DNA from: Sphingopyxis macrogoltabida
GTDB taxonomy: Bacteria; Pseudomonadota; Alphaproteobacteria; Sphingomonadales; Sphingomonadaceae
Assembly (NCBI GenBank): GCA_003241685.1
Contig: QFPJ01000011.1
Coordinates: 6,116-70,115 of the forward strand
Length of the DNA: 64,000 bases
Direction: 5' to 3'
The position numbers and the translations under genes are program-made. Numbering within the stretch: position 1 is the stretch's first letter; each line of letters opens with the position of its first letter. The notes below the pieces were generated by a model. That model saw only the letters and a list, made by a program, of their open reading frames with translations, did not search any database and was not told where the DNA came from. Of this stretch, positions 51,637-60,546 are shown one piece after another.

Positions 51637-52233
51637 ATGGCGATTGATCGCCGGGCGCTTTTCGGCGCGGTCCTGTTGGCGCCCGCCTTGTTCGGCGCGG
51701 CAACGGCTCGCGCCGCGCCGCCGGTGGTTGCGCCCGATGTTGAACGCGCGGTCGTCGCGCCCGACGGCACCGCTTTCGCGCCATCTGCATTCGACGAGGA
51801 AGGCGCCGTCGATCGCTTCGCCGCTTATGTGATGGCCCTCGCGAAGCGCGATTATGCGGCGGCTTACGCCATGTTCCGCCTGTCCTTTCAGGCCGCGAAC
51901 CCCCGGCTGGAATGGGAAATGAACCAGCGCAAGCGCAGCGCGCTGTGGGCCGACGGCACGCTGCGCATTCTGCGCCTGAGCTGGTATCCCGATCCCGCCG
52001 GTCAGCCGGCCGGCCTTTATGCCGCTTTCGATTTTCGCGGCGACCGTAAGGACGGGACGATGGACTGCGGCTATGTCGTCGTGCATCACGCGCCGTCCGC
52101 GCCCGCATGGACGGTCGTGCGTACCGACACGTCCGAAGTGCCGGCCGATCTGATCGAGGATGGGGTCCCCAAGGTCGACGTGCTGCGCCAGTTGCCATGC
52201 TATCTGGGCAAGGGGATCGCGACGGCGCTGTGA
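51637..52233 (+). CDS. Exported hypothetical protein (DUF4019-like), possible Tat signal
   Basis: DRRALF signal; W.PDP...P.G.YAAFDF...CGYVV. Confidence 0.65.
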   Translation: MAIDRRALFGAVLLAPALFGAATARAAPPVVAPDVERAVVAPDGTAFAPSAFDEEGAVDRFAAYVMALAKRDYAAAYAMFRLSFQAANPRLEWEMNQRKRSALWADGTLRILRLSWYPDPAGQPAGLYAAFDFRGDRKDGTMDCGYVVVHHAPSAPAWTVVRTDTSEVPADLIEDGVPKVDVLRQLPCYLGKGIATAL

Positions 52234-52336
52234 CGCGGCCGCGCCGAGACCAAAAGAAATTCGGCTTGCCGGGAGGAAGGCGGGACGGCAAGGCACGGCC
52301 GCGGCGCCATTGGGGGCTTGCCGAAGGGGAATATCC

Positions 52337-53074
52337 GTGACGATGTTGGCATTCGCCTTGTTGGCAGCGGCGGCGGGGCTGCCCGAAATCAGGATCGAAG
52401 CGGTGCCGGGAAAAGGCTATGCCGCCACCGTCGCGCGGATCGACGCCGATCAATACACGCCCGTCGTCGACAGGATCAAGGTCCTGGCGACCCAGCGTTG
52501 CGGCAGGTTGAAGGTGCGGTTCGGCCGTTATTTCTTCGACAATCAGATCGATACCGATCGCGGCGTCACGGTGATCGAGGATTTTCGCCAGAATTTTTCC
52601 TGCTATGATCCCGCGACGGATCCGTACAAGCCCGTTCCCGCCGACTGGCAGGCAAGTGCGGCGGAAACCGCGGCCGTGACACGTTTCGCGACGCGTTTTC
52701 TGGACAATCTGGACGATGGCAACGGCGCGGTGCTGGCGGCGATGATGGACCCGCAACTGGAAACGACGCCGGACGAAATGCTGCGCTTCAGCCGCGAGGC
52801 GAAGATGCATCAGACGGGCGCCGGCGAATTCACCGCGCGGCTCGACGGCTGGCTGAACAATCCCGAGGACGCGGCCTATCCCGGCGCCTATGCCTATTTC
52901 GCGGTGATCAGTTCGCACCCCGGCATCGCCGGCACCTGCGGCGGCGTGCTGGTCTATCGGGTCCGCGACGGCCAATATCAAATCTCGCAATATGATGTAC
53001 GCTATATCTCGCAGGCGCTGATCGATGAGGCCGGTTATTCCGACGAGGAACTCAATCGCCTCTGCCAACGCTAG
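52337..53074 (+). CDS. Exported hypothetical protein, paralogous C-terminal domain (DUF4019-like)
   Basis: SD AAGGGG before GTG; W.NNP...PGAYAYF...CGGVLV. Confidence 0.65.
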   Translation: MTMLAFALLAAAAGLPEIRIEAVPGKGYAATVARIDADQYTPVVDRIKVLATQRCGRLKVRFGRYFFDNQIDTDRGVTVIEDFRQNFSCYDPATDPYKPVPADWQASAAETAAVTRFATRFLDNLDDGNGAVLAAMMDPQLETTPDEMLRFSREAKMHQTGAGEFTARLDGWLNNPEDAAYPGAYAYFAVISSHPGIAGTCGGVLVYRVRDGQYQISQYDVRYISQALIDEAGYSDEELNRLCQR

Positions 53075-53115
53075 GTCCGGATGCCGGGCCGGGCCGGGGC
53101 AGGCGCGTATCATGC

Positions 53116-53144
53116 TTGAGAAACGCGCCGCGCCGCACTAGATC
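53116..53144 (+). promoter_or_regulatory. Sigma70 promoter, leaderless alaS
   Basis: TTGAGA-N17-TAGATC-N6-ATG, no SD. Confidence 0.6.
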
Positions 53145-53150
53145 GCGCGC

Positions 53151-55808
53151 ATGACATCGACCAACGACATTCGCCGCTCTTTCCTCGATTATTTCGGGGA
53201 CGCGGGCCACCATATCGAGCCGTCGGCGCCGCTGGTGCCGTACAACGACCCGACGCTGATGTTCGTCAACGCCGGGATGGTGCCGTTCAAGAATGTCTTC
53301 ACCGGGCTGGAGAAGCGGCCGTACAGCACCGCGACATCGTCGCAGAAATGCGTGCGCGCGGGCGGCAAGCACAACGACCTCGACAATGTCGGCTATACGG
53401 CGCGGCACCACACTTTCTTTGAAATGCTAGGCAATTTCTCGTTCGGCGACTATTTCAAGGAACAGGCGATCCACCATGCCTGGACGCTGATCACCAGGAC
53501 CTGGGGCCTGCCCGCCGACAAGCTGACCGCGACCGTCTATCACACCGATGACGAGGCGTTCGACCTGTGGCGCAAGATTTCGGGATTGCCCGAGGAGCGC
53601 ATCATCCGTATCCCGACCAGCGACAATTTCTGGTCGATGGGCGACACGGGGCCGTGCGGGCCGTGCAGCGAAATCTTTTATGACCATGGCGACCATATCT
53701 GGGGCGGCCCGCCGGGATCGCCGGAAGAGGATGGCGACCGTTTCGTCGAGATCTGGAACCTGGTGTTCATGCAATATGAGCAGCTGCCGGGCGGCGAGCG
53801 CGTCGACCTGCCGCGGCCGAGCATCGACACGGGCATGGGGCTGGAGCGCGTCGCGGCGGTGCTGCAGGGCGTCCACGACAATTATGACACCGACACGTTC
53901 AAGGCGCTGATCGCGGCGTCGGTCGACCTGACCGGCGTGCCGGCCGAGGGCGGAAGCCAGGCCAGCCACCGCGTCATCGCCGATCACCTGCGCGCATCCA
54001 GCTTTCTGGTTGCCGACGGCGTGCTGCCGTCGAACGAAGGGCGCGGCTATGTGCTGCGCCGGATCATGCGCCGCGCGATGCGGCACGCGCATCTGCTGGG
54101 GACGAAGGACCCGCTGATGCACCGCCTGCTGCCGTCGCTGACCGCCGAAATGGGCGCCGCCTATCCCGAGCTGATCCGCGCCCAGCCGCTGATCGCCGAG
54201 ACGCTGCAGCGCGAGGAGGTCAAGTTCCGTCAGACGCTGGACAAGGGACTGAAGCTGCTCGACGAGGCGACGGTCGGCATGGGGAAGGGCGATACGCTGC
54301 CCGGCGACGTCGCGTTCAAACTCTATGACACATATGGCTTCCCCTATGACCTGACCGAAGACGCGCTGCGGACGCAGGACATCCACGTCGACCGGGCCGG
54401 TTTCGATGCCGCGATGGCACAGCAGAAGGCGGCGGCGCGCGCGGCGTGGAAGGGCAGCGGCGAAAAGGCGTCGGACGAGATCTGGTTCGACCTGGCCGAA
54501 GCGAACGGCAGCACCGAATTCACCGGCTACACCTCCACCGCGGGCGAGGCGACGGTGATCGGGCTGGTCCGTGACGGCCGGCCGGTCGACGAGGCGAAGG
54601 CGGGCGACACGGTAGTGGTGCTGACCAACCAGACGCCCTTCTATGGCGAAAGCGGCGGCCAGATGGGCGACGCGGGAACGATCGCGACGCTGGAGGGCGC
54701 GAAGGCGTCGGTCAGCGACACCGGCAAGCCGCTGGGCCGGCTGCACACGCATCAGGCGGTGCTGGAGGCGGGCACGCTGAAGGTCGGCGACACGGTGCAG
54801 TTGAATGTCGATGCCGCGCGCCGCGACCGCATTCGCGCCAATCACAGCGCGACGCACCTGTTGCACGCGGCGCTCCGCAACCGGCTGGGCGGGCATGTGA
54901 CGCAGAAGGGCAGCCTGGTCGCCGAGGATCGCTTCCGCTTCGACTTTTCGCACCCCAAGGCGCTGACGGCTGAGGAGATCGCGGCGGTCGAGGCGGATGT
55001 GAACGCCCAAATCCGCGCCAACGAGGCGGTGTCGACGCGGCTGATGACGCCCGAGGATGCGATCGAGGCCGGCGCGATGGCGCTGTTCGGCGAGAAATAT
55101 GGCGACGAGGTGCGCGTGCTGAGCATGGGCAAGGCCGACGACCAGAGCTATTCGGTCGAATTGTGCGGCGGCACGCATGTCCGGGCGCTGGGCGACATCG
55201 CGCTGTTCAAGATCATCGGCGAGAGCGCGGTGTCGTCGGGCGTGCGGCGCATCGAGGCGCTGACCGGCGAGGCGGCGCGGACGTGGCTGAACGCCCGCGA
55301 CGAGGCGCTGAAAGCCGCCGCGGCGGCGCTCAAGACGTCGCCCGACGAGGTGCCGGCGCGCGTCGCGGCGCTGGCCGAGCAGCTCAAGAAGGCCGAGCGC
55401 GAACTGGCCGACGCGAAGAAGGCTCTGGCGCTGGGCGGCGGCGCGAGCGGCGGCGGCGGTGCGAGCGGACCGGCGGTCGAGCAGGTCGGCGACACCGCCT
55501 TCCTGGCGCAGGTCGTCGAAGGACTGGACCCCAAGGAATTGCGCGGCACGGTCGACGGGCTGAAGAAGCAGGTCGTCAGCGGCGTCGCGATGCTGGTCGC
55601 GGTCAATGACGGCCGCGCTTCGGTCGCGGTCGGCGTGACCGAAGACCGGACGGCGCGGCACAGCGCGGTCGATCTGGTCAAGGCGGCGGTTGCGGCGCTG
55701 GGCGGGCAGGGCGGCGGCGGCCGGCCCGACATGGCGCAGGGCGGCGGCCCCGACGGCGGCGCGGCCGACGCGGCGGTGGCGGCGGTCAAGGCGGCGCTGG
55801 CGGCATGA
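53151..55808 (+). CDS. alaS: Alanyl-tRNA synthetase
   Basis: [44 protein letters not shown]. Confidence 0.99.
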   Translation: MTSTNDIRRSFLDYFGDAGHHIEPSAPLVPYNDPTLMFVNAGMVPFKNVFTGLEKRPYSTATSSQKCVRAGGKHNDLDNVGYTARHHTFFEMLGNFSFGDYFKEQAIHHAWTLITRTWGLPADKLTATVYHTDDEAFDLWRKISGLPEERIIRIPTSDNFWSMGDTGPCGPCSEIFYDHGDHIWGGPPGSPEEDGDRFVEIWNLVFMQYEQLPGGERVDLPRPSIDTGMGLERVAAVLQGVHDNYDTDTFKALIAASVDLTGVPAEGGSQASHRVIADHLRASSFLVADGVLPSNEGRGYVLRRIMRRAMRHAHLLGTKDPLMHRLLPSLTAEMGAAYPELIRAQPLIAETLQREEVKFRQTLDKGLKLLDEATVGMGKGDTLPGDVAFKLYDTYGFPYDLTEDALRTQDIHVDRAGFDAAMAQQKAAARAAWKGSGEKASDEIWFDLAEANGSTEFTGYTSTAGEATVIGLVRDGRPVDEAKAGDTVVVLTNQTPFYGESGGQMGDAGTIATLEGAKASVSDTGKPLGRLHTHQAVLEAGTLKVGDTVQLNVDAARRDRIRANHSATHLLHAALRNRLGGHVTQKGSLVAEDRFRFDFSHPKALTAEEIAAVEADVNAQIRANEAVSTRLMTPEDAIEAGAMALFGEKYGDEVRVLSMGKADDQSYSVELCGGTHVRALGDIALFKIIGESAVSSGVRRIEALTGEAARTWLNARDEALKAAAAALKTSPDEVPARVAALAEQLKKAERELADAKKALALGGGASGGGGASGPAVEQVGDTAFLAQVVEGLDPKELRGTVDGLKKQVVSGVAMLVAVNDGRASVAVGVTEDRTARHSAVDLVKAAVAALGGQGGGGRPDMAQGGGPDGGAADAAVAAVKAALAA

Positions 55809-56248
55809 AGCGCGGCCTGGCGCCGTCGATTGCCGCGGCGGGGCTGGCGCTGCTGGGCGGCTGTTCGGACGGCCGCGACGACCCGGCCGGGGCCGGGCGC
55901 GGCGGCTGGGCGATCCCGCCGGGCACCTATGGCAATGTCGTGCAGGACGGCGGCGGCGGCGCGAAAACGGGCGTCGAACTGCGGCTGGCGCAGGGCGACG
56001 AGAGCGAGACGATCACGATCGTCCTTTGCGATGCCGGTTGCGGCGCCGCGCAGACGCGTCCGATTCGCCGGGGACTGAATGGCGTGTCCTTCACCCTGCC
56101 GACGCCGGACGGCACGGCGGATGTCAGCATCCAGCCCGACGGCCCCGACGCCGTGAGCTTCAACCTGCACGGCGGCGCGGGGCTGCGGACCGAGCGTTTG
56201 CCGCGGATCGCATCCGAAGGCGAACCTGTCGCACCGTCCGGCGCGTAG
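55805..56248 (+). CDS. Hypothetical lipoprotein
   Basis: Lipobox LGGC; ATGA overlap with alaS. Confidence 0.65.
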   Translation: MKRGLAPSIAAAGLALLGGCSDGRDDPAGAGRGGWAIPPGTYGNVVQDGGGGAKTGVELRLAQGDESETITIVLCDAGCGAAQTRPIRRGLNGVSFTLPTPDGTADVSIQPDGPDAVSFNLHGGAGLRTERLPRIASEGEPVAPSGA

Positions 56249-56258
56249 CGGGATCGCG

Positions 56259-56345
56259 CATCGGCGCCGCGCAAGGCCGGGACCCATCTCCCGCCGGTGC
56301 TACTCCAAACCTGCCGGATATGGGCTCCCGCCTCCGCGGGCGCAC
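56259..56345. repeat. REP-doublet-like palindromic element
   Basis: CCGCGCAAGGCCGGGACCCATCTCC...GGATATGGGCTCCCGCCTCCGCGG inverted arms between convergent genes. Confidence 0.6.
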
Positions 56346-56397
56346 AGGGTTTTTCGCGGCGCGCCGATCTACGCCGATCGGCCCCGGGGCAGGATCT

Positions 56398-56811
56398 TCA
56401 GCTTTCCAGCCCCTTTGCCTTGCCCCACGCGCGGGCGGCGGTGTAGCCGAGATAGCCGGTGCCGAAGAGTGCATAGAGCGGTTCGGGGATGCCGGCGAGA
56501 TAGGCGTTCATCCCGTCGGCGATGCCGCGCGCCATGTCCGGCCGCGCCGCCGCGATCAGCCCCATCGGGATCGCCCACAGCAGCAGCGCATACATGACAT
56601 AGAGGAAGCTGGGCCGCGCGCGGCTGGTCCACGGATCGGCGTTGCCGGCTTCGGCGACGATCGCGGTCATGCGGGTGCGGATCGCCTCCATCTCCTGGCT
56701 GCCCTCCAGTTTCAGCAGTTCCAGCTTCGCGCGGTCGCGCGCGTCGGGATCCGGGATGATCTTGTCGATCAGCTTGGCGACGGGGCCGATCAGGCCTTCG
56801 ATGATGCTCAT
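56398..56811 (-). CDS. 3-TM holin-family protein (GTA holin type)
   Basis: LIDKIIPDP, DPWTSRARP, IPEPLY.LFG.GYLGY...R.W.K; next to GH108. Confidence 0.8.
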   Translation of the reverse strand: MSIIEGLIGPVAKLIDKIIPDPDARDRAKLELLKLEGSQEMEAIRTRMTAIVAEAGNADPWTSRARPSFLYVMYALLLWAIPMGLIAAARPDMARGIADGMNAYLAGIPEPLYALFGTGYLGYTAARAWGKAKGLES

Positions 56812-56872
56812 TGCGCTACTCCTTTGTCGTCAAAGTTCCGTGAAGGTCAGCCTCGCGGCGTCGCCTGCCGCG

Positions 56873-57442
56873 TCAGTCCGCGCCGATGCGGTTGGCGAGC
56901 CAGCCGTAGAGAAAGGCCTCCTGACTGGGGCGGTTTTCGGCGAGCGCGATATAGCGTTCGCCCTGCAGCGCCTCCATCGCGCGCAACAGCACGGTTTCGC
57001 CGCCGCGCCCGCGCGCCTTCAGAAAACCGTCGAGCGCCGACAGGGTGCGCGGGCCGATGCTGCGGTCGACCGCTATATCGGGATAGTCGCGCGCGGTGCG
57101 ATTGAGCGCATTGAGCGCGCGCTGAAGGAAGCCGGCGGCGGTGCCGGTGCCCATGTTCACGCCGGTGTCGAACAGTTCGGCCGCGATGCGCGGCGCGCGG
57201 TGCGCGACCTTGTCGAAGCCGGGGCGCGCCCAATAGAGGCGGCGATAGATGGCCGCCGCCTCGGCCCGGGGCAGGTCGCGCATCGCCCCGGCATAGCCCT
57301 GCGCGCGGGCGACCGCCTCGGTAATGCCCCAGCAGGTCGGGCCGCCACGGTCGGCGGGGTGGTTTACATATCGGCCTTCGCGGTCGATGACGGCATCGAT
57401 CAGCGCGTCGGCGTCGAGAGTGGCGGAAACTTTATGGACCAT
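56873..57442 (-). CDS. GH108 lysozyme with C-terminal PG-binding domain
   Basis: REGRYVNHPADRGGPT.WGIT, FDTGVNMG, AFLYGWLANRI; SD AGGAG; no signal peptide. Confidence 0.92.
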   Translation of the reverse strand: MVHKVSATLDADALIDAVIDREGRYVNHPADRGGPTCWGITEAVARAQGYAGAMRDLPRAEAAAIYRRLYWARPGFDKVAHRAPRIAAELFDTGVNMGTGTAAGFLQRALNALNRTARDYPDIAVDRSIGPRTLSALDGFLKARGRGGETVLLRAMEALQGERYIALAENRPSQEAFLYGWLANRIGAD

Positions 57443-57513
57443 GATTCGCTCCTGAAGGTTCGTTGAATTTTCATAACGAACCATATAGGATAAATGTAGG
57501 AAAGGCTTTTGTG

Positions 57514-58491
57514 ATGCGGGCGTTGCAGGTGCGCGAATTATTGCCGGATCATGCCGGGGCCGGCCTGGCCGATCTCGCGGTCCCCGCGCCGGGCCCGGGC
57601 GAGGTTCGCGTCCGCGTCCGCGCGGCGGCGGTCAATTTTCCCGACCTGTTGATGACCCGCGGCGGCTATCAGCTGAAGCCCGACCTGCCGTTCGTGTCCG
57701 GGCTGGAATTTGCGGGCGAGATCGATGCGCTCGGCGCCGGGGTGACGAGCTGGTCGGCCGGCGATTCGGTGGTCGGGGGCAACCGTTTCGGCGCGATGGC
57801 CGAATATTGCATCGTCCCCGCGTCGGCGCTGCGCCGTAAGCCCGCCGCGCTGGGCTGGGAGGCCGCCGCCGCCTATCCGGTCGCCTATCTGACCGCCTAT
57901 GTCGCGCTGGTCCGCTGCGCGCGCGTCGAGCCCGGCGAATCGGTGCTGGTGCATGGCGCCGCCGGGGGCGTGGGGCTGGCGACGGTCGATTTGGCGCGGG
58001 CGCTGGGGGCGCGGGTGATCGCCGCCGCCAGCAGCGCGGAGAAGCGCGAGGCGGTGTCGCGCCTGTTCAGCCCCGATGCCGTGATCGCCGCAGAGCCGGG
58101 GTTCCGGGATGAGGTCAAGGCGCTGACCGGCGGGCGGGGCGCGGACGTGATTTTCGATCCGGTCGGCGGCGATGTGTTCGACGAATCGACGCGCTGCATT
58201 GCCTTTGGCGGGCGGTTGCTGGTCGTCGGCTTCGCGTCGGGGCGCATCCCCGACATTTCGGTGAACATGCCGCTGATCAAGGGTTTTTCGGTGGTCGGGG
58301 TGCGCGCGGGCGAATATGGTCGCCGCTTTCCGCAGCGCGGCGCGGAAAATGTCGCGGCGATCGACGCGCTGGCCGCCGAGGGCCGCATCCGGCCGCATGT
58401 CCACGCCGCGCTGGACCTGGCCGACTGGCGCGAAGGCTTTGCGATGCTGGAAGACCGGGCGGTGGTGGGCAAGGTCGTGCTGCGCCCGTGA
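57514..58491 (+). CDS. NADPH:quinone oxidoreductase (zeta-crystallin/MDR)
   Basis: VNFPD, GLEFAG, HGAAGGVG, GKVVL. Confidence 0.92.
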   Translation: MRALQVRELLPDHAGAGLADLAVPAPGPGEVRVRVRAAAVNFPDLLMTRGGYQLKPDLPFVSGLEFAGEIDALGAGVTSWSAGDSVVGGNRFGAMAEYCIVPASALRRKPAALGWEAAAAYPVAYLTAYVALVRCARVEPGESVLVHGAAGGVGLATVDLARALGARVIAAASSAEKREAVSRLFSPDAVIAAEPGFRDEVKALTGGRGADVIFDPVGGDVFDESTRCIAFGGRLLVVGFASGRIPDISVNMPLIKGFSVVGVRAGEYGRRFPQRGAENVAAIDALAAEGRIRPHVHAALDLADWREGFAMLEDRAVVGKVVLRP

Positions 58492-58618
58492 CGCGGCTGC
58501 GGCCTTCACGCGGCTGCGTCGGTGAAGCGGGGTGGACGCTGCCATAATTTTGCGACATCCGCGGCGCCATGGTCGCGCCGGGGTGCCCCGGCGGCCAGGC
58601 CGCCGACCATATGAAGGA

Positions 58619-58957
58619 ATGACGATGAAAAGATTGACGATGATGGCCGCCGCGTTCGGCGTTGCGGCGTCCGGCGCCGCGCTGGCCCAGCCGCCGCAGG
58701 ACGGCGGCCGCATGTTCGCGATGATGGACACCAACGGCGACGGCAAGCTGGACAAGGGCGAACTGACCAAGATGGCCGAAATGCGCGCCCAGCGTCAGGG
58801 CGATCCGTCGTTGGCATCGCCGGACAAGGTCGATGCCTTCTTCAACCATCTCGACGCCGATCGCGACGGCTTCGTTACGAAGGACGAACTGGAATCGATG
58901 CGCAAGGCCCGCGCCGCGCGGCCGCCGGCCGATGAAGGCACCGACGATTCGAACTGA
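58619..58957 (+). CDS. Secreted EF-hand protein
   Basis: Signal peptide; DTNGDGKLDKGE and DADRDGFVTKDE loops. Confidence 0.85.
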   Translation: MTMKRLTMMAAAFGVAASGAALAQPPQDGGRMFAMMDTNGDGKLDKGELTKMAEMRAQRQGDPSLASPDKVDAFFNHLDADRDGFVTKDELESMRKARAARPPADEGTDDSN

Positions 58958-58987
58958 TCGCCGAAAGACGGCGAAGCGACTCCCGGC

Positions 58988-59758
58988 TCAGGCCGGGGGT
59001 CGCAGAATAAGCAGCACCGCCTGAATCATGAAGGTGGCGCCGACGATCGAGATCAACCAGCGCCGCACGACGCGGAACTGCGCGTCGCTGATCCGGTCGA
59101 GCAGGCGGCCGCCGACCATGATGCCCGCCATCGACGCGGCGATGGCGGCGACCGTCGCGGGCAGCGCAATCGCTTCGCGCCCCGCGGCGCCGAGCAGCAG
59201 CGCACCATAAACAACGATCTTCGACGCATGACCCATCGCCTGCATCACGGCCTTGGTCGCGACGATTTGGTGCCGGGTCATCGGGGTATTGACGAACAAC
59301 AGGTCCGTCACTGGTCCGGAAACGCCGGACGTCAGCGCAATCCCGTTCGATACGAAGCCGCCGCCGACCGCGTGCCAGCGGTTCGTCGCATCGAGCCGCA
59401 GCCAGCGTTCGGGCAGCCAGACGAGAACCGGCATCAGCCCAAGGCCGAGGAAGACGATGAGCTTGGTCGGCTGGAACATCACGGCGGAGAAAAAGGCGAG
59501 CGAGGCCGCCGAACCGATACCGAACCACAGCAATACCGGCCAGACGATATGGCGGCGATGCAGCAGGAGACGCCATGCGTTCGACGCGAACTGGATGACG
59601 CCGTGGAGCGCGAGGGCGAGCGCCGCGGGCAACAGCCAGGTCAGCACGCCCATCAGGACGATGCCGCCCGCCATGCCGAAAAGGCCCGAGAGAATGGATG
59701 TAAAGAAAGCGACGGCCACGATCAGCACGCTTGCCAGCATCGATCCCGCGCTTTCCAT
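58988..59758 (-). CDS. TauE/SafE family membrane protein
   Basis: SGLFGMAGG, multiple TMs; start 59758 or 59740. Confidence 0.8.
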   Translation of the reverse strand: MESAGSMLASVLIVAVAFFTSILSGLFGMAGGIVLMGVLTWLLPAALALALHGVIQFASNAWRLLLHRRHIVWPVLLWFGIGSAASLAFFSAVMFQPTKLIVFLGLGLMPVLVWLPERWLRLDATNRWHAVGGGFVSNGIALTSGVSGPVTDLLFVNTPMTRHQIVATKAVMQAMGHASKIVVYGALLLGAAGREAIALPATVAAIAASMAGIMVGGRLLDRISDAQFRVVRRWLISIVGATFMIQAVLLILRPPA

Positions 59759-59785
59759 CGGACCGCTTCGCAAGCGGCGGAAAAT

Positions 59786-59862
59786 TGGTCGGGACGAGAG
59801 GATTCGAACCTCCGACCCCCACACCCCCAGTGTGATGCGCTACCAGGCTGCGCTACGTCCCG
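59786..59862 (-). tRNA. tRNA-Pro (GGG)
   Basis: CGGGACG acceptor stem, anticodon loop CTGGGGG, TTCGAAT T-loop, encoded CCA; 77 nt. Confidence 0.97.
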
Positions 59863-60159
59863 ACCGGCCCTGTTGGGCAGGCGAGGCCCCTAGCGCGGCT
59901 CGGGCGGGGATGCAAGCGCGATGGTGGAGGCGGTGATGGGGGCGGTGATGCAGGGCGGGCGGTTTCGCCCTTGAACTGGTTCGACAGGCCCCCATGTCGG
60001 GGCGGCCCGCGCCGGGGAGCGCGCGGGGCCGGCATCCGGGGGGGAAGGGCTTGCAGCCATTGGTTGCGTGCGCGGCCCCCGCGTGATAGGCGGCGCGCCA
60101 TATTTGCCCGGCTGTTCCGTGCGGAGCGGCCGGCCTTATCGAATGAAAGTCCTTCACCC

Positions 60160-60489
60160 ATGTCGACCAATTTGCTTCTGACCCAGGCGGCCGGATCGGG
60201 CGGCGGGGCGGCCGGTTTCCTGATGCTGGTCCCCTATCTGCTGATCTTCGTCGTCTTCTGGTTCTTCCTGATCCGTCCGCAGCAGGTGCGGATGAAAGAG
60301 CATCGCGCAAAGGTTGCGGCGGTGAAGCCCCGCGATCAGGTCGTTACCGGCGGCGGCATCGTCGGCAAGGTGACGCGCGTCGACGATGACTTCGCCGACG
60401 TCGAAATCGCGCAGGGCGTGAAGGTCAAGGTCGTCAAATCGACCTTGTCGGACGTCCTTCTGCCCGGCGGAAAGCCCGCCAACGACTGA
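60160..60489 (+). CDS. yajC: Preprotein translocase YajC
   Basis: FFLIRPQQ, VVTGGGIVG. Confidence 0.94.
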   Translation: MSTNLLLTQAAGSGGGAAGFLMLVPYLLIFVVFWFFLIRPQQVRMKEHRAKVAAVKPRDQVVTGGGIVGKVTRVDDDFADVEIAQGVKVKVVKSTLSDVLLPGGKPAND

Positions 60490-60546
60490 TGTGGGGCGGG
60501 CCCGCGCGGTCGGGCCGGCCTGATTTCTGTTACCGGAAGACATCCC

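Noticed and set aside
59759..59824. TauE ORF extension into the tRNA
   Set aside because: Overlaps tRNA-Pro; real start is downstream
56398..59862. Prophage integrated at tRNA-Pro to explain the lysin-holin pair
   Set aside because: No integrase, att duplication or structural genes; intervening genes are host-like
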